Below are positions 36,865 through 44,117 of a stretch of DNA of 59,943 nucleotides, in pieces (position 1 is the first letter of the stretch; each line of letters opens with the position of its first letter). Position numbers and translations under genes: made by a program. The notes under the pieces were generated by a model, which was not told the origin of the DNA, ran no database searches, and saw only the letters and a program-made list of their open reading frames with translations. This DNA is from an uncultured Syntrophus sp. (GTDB lineage: Bacteria > Desulfobacterota > Syntrophorhabdia > Syntrophorhabdales > Syntrophorhabdaceae), in contig CAYYLU010000003.1 of NCBI GenBank assembly GCA_964472475.1, forward strand, positions 1-59,943, written 5' to 3'.

Positions 36865-37091
36865 AAATCAAAGTAACGATCCCCCGGCTGCCCAACGGCA
36901 TGTATGCTCACTCCTGAGGACTCCGCTTGACCAAAAACATCAGTTCCCTATAATGAGGGGATGTTGGCATAAGCAGAGATTGCCCTGGAGATACCATCAA
37001 CCCATAACTGTGGAGAATGAGATGGACAAGCGCGATTATCAACTTCATGAGGCTGCCCGCGCATGAGCTGAGCGACCGTTCACACAAACGA

Positions 37092-37130
37092 ATAAGAGTA
37101 AGGACAAGCGGCAGGCCTTCCCTGCCGCTT
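37092..37130 (-). terminator. Hairpin terminator downstream of lpp-like gene 1
   Basis: A 10-bp stem AAGCGGCAGG/CCTGCCGCTT (37106-37115 / 37121-37130). On the minus strand it is followed by the moderately U-rich GUCCUUACUCUUAUU. Confidence 0.55.
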
Positions 37131-37144
37131 CTGAATGACTATAT

Positions 37145-37444
37145 CTATTTCCTCATTGATCTTTGAAATACGGAATCGGCCCGTGCCGCTTTCTCGTCCG
37201 CAATCTTCTCTCGTTCTTCTGCCCTCCTTACTGCGTCCTCTGCTCGCGCAGCCGCTTCATTTGCCTTGAATGTTGCCTGGTCGGCTACTGTTTTAGCGGC
37301 CTGAGCATCCTGCGCAGCCTGATCCACCTTCGAACCGATTACTCTCTCCTGTTCCTGTACCTGAGCGAGGTCTCCTTTGGTTGCGCAGGCACCGATAACA
37401 GCGGCGAGAACAACCATTACTACGATCATCAGAAGACTCTTCAT
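37145..37444 (-). CDS. Lpp/OprI-type alanine-zipper outer-membrane lipoprotein, C-terminal Lys (paralog 1)
   Basis: The ATG at 37444 lies 8 nt after AGGAGG. Lipobox VIGAC, an Ala/Gln/Glu-rich coiled coil, and the C-terminus ends ...FQRSMRK. Confidence 0.8.
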   Translation of the reverse strand: MKSLLMIVVMVVLAAVIGACATKGDLAQVQEQERVIGSKVDQAAQDAQAAKTVADQATFKANEAAARAEDAVRRAEEREKIADEKAARADSVFQRSMRK

Positions 37445-37778
37445 ATGTGTCACCTCCTTTCTTTTCGTTTGCTGTTCATTCCAATTTCTATTATGATGTT
37501 TATGGCTTCGCGGGTTTGTTTCTGCAATAGGAATGCCAGCAATGTTGTTATTATGCAGCCTGAACGGGAGCGCCCGGTCATGGGATCTGAAATCGGGGAC
37601 GTATTGACAGTGTAGGAATGTTCATACACAGTCTTGAAAAGAGTGTAGGAAAAGAATAGAACCGGGTATGTGACAGACGCGTGCATTTAGGGTGATGTGA
37701 ATCACTGACAACTTTATACGCCTGAGCGATAATACGGGCTATTCAATAAAATAAAGAAGGGAAAAAATAGAGAACGGA

Positions 37779-39191
37779 ATGCGTTTTTCAGACGAGACTA
37801 ATGTGGCACTGTTCGTGCATCCCCGCCTGCATCACTATCTCTCCGTAACCGTGCTGAGGGATAGCCTGAGTATTAGAGGTTCATTTCCTTTTCATGCGTG
37901 CATAAGGCTGGTAGCGATCTGTATTATTCTCTCATTGTTTACCGGATGTGCTGTACTGATAAAGGACATCCGGGAGCCATCAGCGAGTGTGCCCGATTAT
38001 CCGGATACATTGCTGGAACGAAATGATTTTGTCATTGCTCAAGATGTTGATGTTATCGGGAGATTAGCGGTAATGAGACTCGAGCCCGGAGATACGCTTC
38101 CTGATGTGGCACGGCATTTCAGTCTGGGGCTGAATGCCATTAGCTCAGTCAATCCGGGAACTGATGTGTGGGTGCCTGAGTCCGGAAAACGGATTGTGCT
38201 TCCTCTCAGCTTTATCCTGCCGGAAGCTCCCCGAAAAGGCATAATAATTAATCTTGCTGCCATGAGATTGTTCTATTTCAAGCAGAATGCGAAGATCCAG
38301 ACAGTATTGACATATCCCATCGGAGTCGGCACTGTTGAACGACCCTCTCCAATGGGACAGATGTACGTAGACAGGAAAATGTTCAGACCGACATGGTTCG
38401 TGCCGGCTTCCATCGCGGAAGACCATAGGAAGAAAGGCGACCCTCTGCCTGCTAAAGTGCCTCCGGGACCCCTGAATCCTCTCGGAGAGCATGCCTTGTA
38501 CCTGAGCAAGTCAGGATACCTTATTCATGGGACGAACAAGCCTGCAAGCATCGGTCTGCGTGCAACGAACGGCTGTATACGACTATATCCTGAAGATATC
38601 AAGAGACTATTTGAGACGACACCGGTAAAGACTCCCGTAACAATTGTTAATAAGCCGTATTTAATAGGCAGGGCGGGTGAGGTTACTTATCTGGAGGCAC
38701 ACACGCCGTTCGAGGAGTCCGGTACAGAAGAACTGGAAAGGGTTTATTTGAAACTAAAAAGCATTGAAGCGCGATCGGGTCGTATGTTCGACTGGAAGAG
38801 AATCAATCAAATAGTCAAAGAGGCCAGGGGGATCCCGGTTCTACTGTTCTTTGAAGGAGACGCCGGCAAGGGAGTGACAGAGACGATTGAAATCCGGCAC
38901 CCCCGAATGTTATATGGCAGACCGGAAGTACCTGAATTAAGGTCGGACTCCTGGTATGTGCTCGCAGCAAGTGTGCGTGACAAAACAGATGCAATGCGTT
39001 TAGCAGCCATTATTAACCATCAGGGCCCGCAGATTCCCGCCAGGGTTTTATCCAGAGGCGACAATCATCGCGTACTTGCAGGTCCTTTTCAGAATAGTGG
39101 TGAAGCGAGAGAAACAGTGAAACGCTTGAGGATTGACCTTGAAATCGACGGTGTGCTTGTTGAGCCGTTTAACCAGACTGGAGAACGTTGA
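37779..39191 (+). CDS. ErfK/YbiS/YcfS/YnhG-type L,D-transpeptidase with a LysM-like N-domain and a C-terminal SPOR-like domain; lipoprotein
   Basis: Lipobox LFTGC. Motifs EPGDTLPDVARHF...NPG, LAAMRLFYF, PLPAKVPPGPLNPLG and the active site YLIHGTNKPASIGLRATNGCIRLYPEDI. The C-terminal WYVLAASV...HRVLAGPF is SPOR-like. The start codon is uncertain. Confidence 0.85.
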   Translation: MRFSDETNVALFVHPRLHHYLSVTVLRDSLSIRGSFPFHACIRLVAICIILSLFTGCAVLIKDIREPSASVPDYPDTLLERNDFVIAQDVDVIGRLAVMRLEPGDTLPDVARHFSLGLNAISSVNPGTDVWVPESGKRIVLPLSFILPEAPRKGIIINLAAMRLFYFKQNAKIQTVLTYPIGVGTVERPSPMGQMYVDRKMFRPTWFVPASIAEDHRKKGDPLPAKVPPGPLNPLGEHALYLSKSGYLIHGTNKPASIGLRATNGCIRLYPEDIKRLFETTPVKTPVTIVNKPYLIGRAGEVTYLEAHTPFEESGTEELERVYLKLKSIEARSGRMFDWKRINQIVKEARGIPVLLFFEGDAGKGVTETIEIRHPRMLYGRPEVPELRSDSWYVLAASVRDKTDAMRLAAIINHQGPQIPARVLSRGDNHRVLAGPFQNSGEARETVKRLRIDLEIDGVLVEPFNQTGER

Positions 39192-39247
39192 CGAAGATAC
39201 GGGCAGGTGTGTATTCAGGTTGCAGAAAAAAGCAATAGAGGAGGTCA

Positions 39248-39556
39248 ATGATGGGAAACAAGAAGATTGCATTTTTGGTACTCGTGTTGGTTCTAAGCGG
39301 TTTTGTAAGTGGCTGCGCTACGAAAGGTGACCTGGAGCAGGTGCAGGCACAGGAAAGGCTGATAGGTGCAAAAGCCGACCAGGCCTCGCAGGATGCACAG
39401 GCAGCTAAGACAGCAGCCGACCAGGCCACATTGAAGGCAAATGAAGCGGCTGCAAGGGCTGAAGCGGCTATTCAGAGGGCGGAAGAGAGGGAGAAAATCG
39501 CGGATGAAAAGGCGCGACAGGCTGATGCAGTATTCCAGAGGTCTATGAGAAAGTAG
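39248..39556 (+). CDS. Lpp/OprI-type alanine-zipper outer-membrane lipoprotein, C-terminal Lys (paralog 2)
   Basis: GAGGAGG precedes the ATG. Lipobox VSGC. The mature part is ~80% identical (hand alignment) to paralog 1 and ends with the same ...FQRSMRK. Confidence 0.85.
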   Translation: MMGNKKIAFLVLVLVLSGFVSGCATKGDLEQVQAQERLIGAKADQASQDAQAAKTAADQATLKANEAAARAEAAIQRAEEREKIADEKARQADAVFQRSMRK

Positions 39557-39560
39557 ACAA

Positions 39561-39606
39561 TTGTGCTCGAAACCGAAGTACCCCTTCTATTCTGCTTCGA
39601 GCACAA
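39561..39606 (+). other. 11-bp stem-loop between lpp paralog 2 and the YafK-like gene (no U-tract)
   Basis: TTGTGCTCGAA (39561-39571) pairs with TTCGAGCACAA (39596-39606). The loop is 24 nt and the hairpin is followed by CAATCCGG. Confidence 0.4.
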
Positions 39607-39621
39607 CAATCCGGCAGTCTT

Positions 39622-40581
39622 GTGAGTAATACGGAAGTCAAAATGAGCTCATTTCTGGGTAAAGCCGCACGACGCGTTGTAATTACTGTCTGCATTACGG
39701 CAATGTGCTTTTGTTGCGGCTGTAGTCATATCGACGAAGGGTCCCGGGTCCAATCAACATCCAGAGAATTGAACGATCTGTTTAACCAGGGCAACTACGG
39801 GGCCTTGCTTACCCGGTACGAACAGGTCCTTGAAAAGAGCCCGTCGGCCGCTGACATAACTCTCTTCGAAATGGGTATCATCTACTCATATCCGAAAAAC
39901 CAGAACAAAGATTACCAGAAGTCTCTCTCCTGTTTCGAAAAGCTAATCAGACAATATCCGGAAAGCGTTTACAGGCGTGACAGCGAGATGATGATGTTTC
40001 AGATTAGCAACGTGATCTTGAAGGACAAGACAATAGCTGATCAACAGAAGCAGTTGGAACGGTTCACGCAGGAGGTGAAAAGCAAAGAAGCCGAAATCGA
40101 TGTACTGAAAAAGACGATCGAAGTACTGGAGCAAAGAACCTTCTCGTTTAGAAAGGAACCCGCCGACAAAATCCTGATTGAAAAGAAGGAGAGGAGATTG
40201 ACCCTGCTTTCCGGGAACGAGGTGATCAAGGTATACAAGATTGCCCTTGGGGGAAACCCCGTAGGCCCAAAAGAAAGACAGGGAGATAATAAAACACCCG
40301 AAGGCATGTATGTAATCGATTACAGAAACAGAGACAGCCAGTACCATCTCTCACTGCATATTTCCTATCCGAATGAAAAAGATAAGAAAAGGGCGAGAGA
40401 GCTCGGTGTCAACCCTGGCGGAGATATCATGATCCATGGAATCAAGAATGGTTTTTCATGGGTCGGCAATGCGCATTCCGAAATTGACTGGACAAAAGGG
40501 TGCATAGCCGTCACCGACGAAGAAATAGAAGAAATTGACAGGCTTGTGCCGCGAGGGACTCTTGTCGAGATAAGACCTTAA
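39622..40581 (+). CDS. YafK/DpaA(LdtF)-like YkuD-domain protein with an N-terminal TPR/coiled-coil region; lipoprotein
   Basis: Lipobox FCCGC. KKERRLTLL...YKIALGGNPVGPKERQGDNKTPEGMY...ISYPN...GGDIMIHG...TKGCIAV parallels E. coli YafK. Alternative start at the ATG at 39643. Confidence 0.8.
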   Translation: MSNTEVKMSSFLGKAARRVVITVCITAMCFCCGCSHIDEGSRVQSTSRELNDLFNQGNYGALLTRYEQVLEKSPSAADITLFEMGIIYSYPKNQNKDYQKSLSCFEKLIRQYPESVYRRDSEMMMFQISNVILKDKTIADQQKQLERFTQEVKSKEAEIDVLKKTIEVLEQRTFSFRKEPADKILIEKKERRLTLLSGNEVIKVYKIALGGNPVGPKERQGDNKTPEGMYVIDYRNRDSQYHLSLHISYPNEKDKKRARELGVNPGGDIMIHGIKNGFSWVGNAHSEIDWTKGCIAVTDEEIEEIDRLVPRGTLVEIRP

Positions 40582-40719
40582 TCCGGTGTCTGGGAATTTC
40601 ACATAACACATCCGTTTCTTCTTGCCAATTACAGGTTTCGGTGACGCATATCACACTTGAATTGTGAAAATTGTGCGATACATATCATTGAAGCGATTTG
40701 ATCAATCCAGGAGAGCGTG

Positions 40720-40998
40720 ATGAGCTATCTATACCCTACCGCCTATTATCACAAGGCTGCTTTTGGCCTGCCAACGTATGAGTTGCGCGAAAATAGAGTT
40801 TTTCCTACGATCCACAATCAGCGTGATGCTTACGGTCTTCCAACGTATGAGGTGAGGGGATCTCAACTATATCCGACCGTTTATAATGTGCGCCATCCGG
40901 GTAAACTGCCTGCTTATGAGATCCGTGACTCACAGGTGTATCCCACCGTGCATAATCAGGAAGACTCCTTTGGTGTCCCCGCGTTCGATATCCGTTGA
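40720..40998 (+). CDS. Hypothetical 92-aa protein built from four tandem ~23-aa repeats
   Basis: Repeat unit (Y/F)PT(V/I)(H/Y)Nxxxxx(G)(L/V)P(T/A)(Y/F)(E/D)(L/V/I)Rxxx(V/L), seen four times. AGGAGAG precedes the GTG/ATG start at 40717/40720. Confidence 0.55.
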   Translation: MSYLYPTAYYHKAAFGLPTYELRENRVFPTIHNQRDAYGLPTYEVRGSQLYPTVYNVRHPGKLPAYEIRDSQVYPTVHNQEDSFGVPAFDIR

Positions 40999-41292
40999 CA
41001 GCATGTCCGAGGATGTACCATAGAATACCTCATACACAGGATAGAATTTAACGCAACCTAATCCTCAAGACCGTTCCTTCGAGGTACTTCAAAACCGGAA
41101 TAATGTCAAAAAGAGGCCACCCGATGGCTCCGGTACTTCCAAACAGCAGTGAACTGATACGACATACATCTCTCCATCTCCGCCTCCCGACTTTATAATC
41201 GGCCCGGGAGCAATCCAGCCCCTGACCTGGGTGATTGTGGTAAAATATAGAGGGGAATGGTATAGAACAGTAGTGAGAGCTAAGGGGAGAAT

Positions 41293-42234
41293 ATGACAAT
41301 CAAGCATGGGAATGATATTTCGAATTCCGAAATCACACCGCGGGAGCTTTACCTGACCAGAAGGGAGTTTATTAGATCGGCAGCAGCTGTCGGAGTTCTT
41401 GCGGTTATCCGGCCTGGTCTAGCCGAAAGTGTGGCGGACACAAAACTGAATATTATCAGAAAGGAAGAGATGGCCGGTGGAGAAAGGTTGACAAGCTTCT
41501 CAAAGGCGACCACGTATACGAATTTCTATGAATTTTCGGTGGACAAAAACGATGTCGCAAAAGTAAGTAGAAACTTCAAGGCCCGACCATGGAGTGTAGC
41601 GGTTGACGGGCTCGTAAGTAAACCAAGAGTATTTGACGTCGATGAGTTAATCAAGCTCTTTCCTCTTGAGCAGAGAATTTATCGTTTCCGGTGTGTGGAA
41701 GGCTGGTCAATGGTGATCCCGTGGGTGGGATTCGCACTTGCTGATCTTGTGAAGAGAACAGAGCCCGCATCGAATGCAAAATTTGTAGAATTCACGAGCC
41801 TCAACGACGCAAAACGAATGCCGGGGCAAAAGTACGAAATTCTGGATTGGCCTTACACGGAAGGATTGAGAATAGATGAAGCCTTAAATCCTCTCACGCT
41901 CCTGACTGCAGGGATGTATGGAGAGGTTTTACCGAACCAGAATGGCGCTCCACTGAGGCTCGTGGTTCCATGGAAATACGGTTTTAAGTCAATAAAGTCG
42001 ATAGTGCGCATTCGCTTTGTTGAACAAATGCCCAGGACCTCCTGGATGAAATCCAATCCGACCGAATACGGTTTCTACGCGAATGTAAACCCGAATGTTG
42101 ATCATCCGAGATGGAGTCAGGCAGAGGAAACAAGAATCGGTGAACAGGGAAAGCGCAAAACCCTTATGTATAACGGGTACCAGAAGGAAGTGGCTCACCT
42201 GTACAAGGACATGGACCTCAAAAGATACTTCTGA
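41293..42234 (+). CDS. msrP: Protein-methionine-sulfoxide reductase catalytic subunit MsrP (YedY), Tat-exported molybdoenzyme
   Basis: Tat motif TRREFIRSAAAVG. Motifs YTNFYEF, RIYRFRCVEGWSMVIPWVGF, NGAPLRLVVPWKYGFKSIKSIV and VDHPRWSQA. Confidence 0.9.
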   Translation: MTIKHGNDISNSEITPRELYLTRREFIRSAAAVGVLAVIRPGLAESVADTKLNIIRKEEMAGGERLTSFSKATTYTNFYEFSVDKNDVAKVSRNFKARPWSVAVDGLVSKPRVFDVDELIKLFPLEQRIYRFRCVEGWSMVIPWVGFALADLVKRTEPASNAKFVEFTSLNDAKRMPGQKYEILDWPYTEGLRIDEALNPLTLLTAGMYGEVLPNQNGAPLRLVVPWKYGFKSIKSIVRIRFVEQMPRTSWMKSNPTEYGFYANVNPNVDHPRWSQAEETRIGEQGKRKTLMYNGYQKEVAHLYKDMDLKRYF

Positions 42235-42332
42235 GACAAAGAAGAAAATTGATGGAAGAAGGATGTCTGCTTTGCCGGGGTGATAGGACGCCGGTTGCAT
42301 TTTTTATTCTGTAAGGGCATAATCGATAGACA

Positions 42333-43034
42333 ATGGACGTTCCTGTCTATATGATTCAAAAAGCAGAGATTGATACCTTGCGCGATTTGTCTTCTGAGGA
42401 CCTTTGGACAAACGCTCAGTACCTAGCAATCAGCCATTTCAGACCTGAAAGCACATCACACCGGCCTGCGACGAAATGTGTACTGCTCTACGACGATGAA
42501 CGCATGTACGGATCATTTGTAGTCGAAGACCGCTATGTCCGTTGCGTGAATATAACCAATCAATCACCAGTGTATGACGACAGTTGTGTTGAGCTTTTCT
42601 TGCAGCCGTTACCGGACAGGGGCTACTTTAATTTCGAATTCAACTGCGGTGGGGCCATTCTTTCATCGTATATAACAGACCCGGCGAAGAAAGATGGAAA
42701 GGTCATCAGTGCTGTTCCGCTTACTGAGAATGAGATTTCTGAGATCGAAATCCAAAGCAGTCTGCCGGGGAGTACCAACCCTGAAATAACCGGCAGGATT
42801 ACCTGGACACTCAGATTTTCAATACCTCTCAGATTATTCGAACAGTATATCGGTAAGCTTGACAAAGAGGAGCGTAGGGAATGGAGGGGTAATCTCTATA
42901 AGTGCGGAAACAAGACCTCACACCCGCACTGGGCGTCGTGGGCGCCACTCAGGGACAGAAACTACCACGCGCCGTGGGATTTCGGTATACTGCGATTCGA
43001 AGAGAAACGGCAAATCACAAATCCGGCTTTGTAG
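42333..43034 (+). CDS. Hypothetical protein, carbohydrate-binding family 9-like (CBM9_2-like) domain
   Basis: DDSCVELFLQP...GYFNFEFNCGG resembles CBM9-like domain proteins (from memory). No signal peptide. Confidence 0.5.
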   Translation: MDVPVYMIQKAEIDTLRDLSSEDLWTNAQYLAISHFRPESTSHRPATKCVLLYDDERMYGSFVVEDRYVRCVNITNQSPVYDDSCVELFLQPLPDRGYFNFEFNCGGAILSSYITDPAKKDGKVISAVPLTENEISEIEIQSSLPGSTNPEITGRITWTLRFSIPLRLFEQYIGKLDKEERREWRGNLYKCGNKTSHPHWASWAPLRDRNYHAPWDFGILRFEEKRQITNPAL

Positions 43035-43220
43035 ATCGCAAACAAGCAAAATGGCAAAGGATGTTTCGGGGTTCAATATTAAATGTTCAACGCTCGAAGT
43101 TGTAAAGAGATACAGGAAACGGAATCTGTTTGGGAAGCTGGAATCAATAAGCTGAATTCCGGCAATAACCTGGAGTTCAGCGCACATAATAGATTGTGAT
43201 ATAATGATGTCGGAGGCGAA

Positions 43221-43385
43221 ATGGAAAGCAAAGAATTCGAGTGCAGTGACTGCGGCCGTGCTTTTCGCCTGCGGGATACGGAGCGGCCGGCATGTCCAAG
43301 CTGTGAAAGCGAAAACATACGGCCCAGGAAAGCAAAACCGTTGCCTTCCTGGGTTTTGTTCAAGGCGAAAGAGACTTCCGGCTGA
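43221..43385 (+). CDS. 54-aa zinc-ribbon miniprotein (CxxC...CxxC); below the ORF-track size cutoff
   Basis: ATG at 43221: MESKEFECSDCGRAFRLRDTERPACPSCESENIRP... It is preceded by GGAGG and an extended -10 TGATATAAT (43197..43205). Confidence 0.5.
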   Translation: MESKEFECSDCGRAFRLRDTERPACPSCESENIRPRKAKPLPSWVLFKAKETSG

Positions 43386-43544
43386 AAATAGAATTGGAAT
43401 GGTGGAGCTATTCCAATAAACTGAATAAGTTAGTCTGTGCGCTAGAATTGACGAGACTGTTGATTTTGGCTTGGGTTTATGGACTAAATCATGCTCACAC
43501 ATCGAAGAGTCGAGGATGCTCGAAGGTCAAGACTGATCGATGCT

Positions 43545-44054
43545 TCATTCCGCGACGATATACTCTGTGGGTTCCCGGTGGTCGTAGAACTTCCAGTTCT
43601 CGATTGTCCTGGCATCGATGACTTTGAAATTCTTTCTGATCGCCGTGTTCAGATTGTTAGAAATGCGGGCGTGTAGGCTTATTTTCGAGATGCCTTTGTT
43701 CTTCATCTCCACTTTAAGTACCGAAAGCATCTTCAAGAGTCCTTTTTTCCCACGATACGACGGCAGAATGGCTATATTTTCTATGTAGTATCCGGAGGGA
43801 TCTTCCTTAATCTCCGGGTCCTCAGCCTTCAGTTCTTCAACCGCCTCATTCTGAGGTATTGCAACGAGCAATCCTACATTTTTACCGGCATCGTCTAAGA
43901 CGATAAGCACAGAGCTCTTGTCCCTGAGTTTTCGATTATAATACTCGGCCGGATCGCTGCACCCCCATCCGGAGGGATATGAAGTCCGGCTTACTTCAAT
44001 CACATCTCTCAGGATCGTATCTGTGATAACATCAACCGTGCGGGCCCGTAACAT
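43545..44054 (-). CDS. GNAT-family N-acetyltransferase
   Basis: Motif IENIAILPSYRGKKGLLKML (Q/RxxGxG/A-like acetyl-CoA site). 169 aa. Confidence 0.75.
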   Translation of the reverse strand: MLRARTVDVITDTILRDVIEVSRTSYPSGWGCSDPAEYYNRKLRDKSSVLIVLDDAGKNVGLLVAIPQNEAVEELKAEDPEIKEDPSGYYIENIAILPSYRGKKGLLKMLSVLKVEMKNKGISKISLHARISNNLNTAIRKNFKVIDARTIENWKFYDHREPTEYIVAE

Positions 44055-44117
44055 TCCGACTTTAAACTAACATACATAGACAGCTTGTGTCATGAAAATG
44101 TTCTTTGTCTGGAGTCG

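Noticed and set aside
36836-37130. The shared GGCAGGCC core in the cspA terminator and the lpp1 terminator as a repeated element
   Set aside because: Only ~8-10 nt are shared. Both are ordinary GC-rich terminator stems on opposite strands between convergent genes, so the resemblance is probably coincidental.
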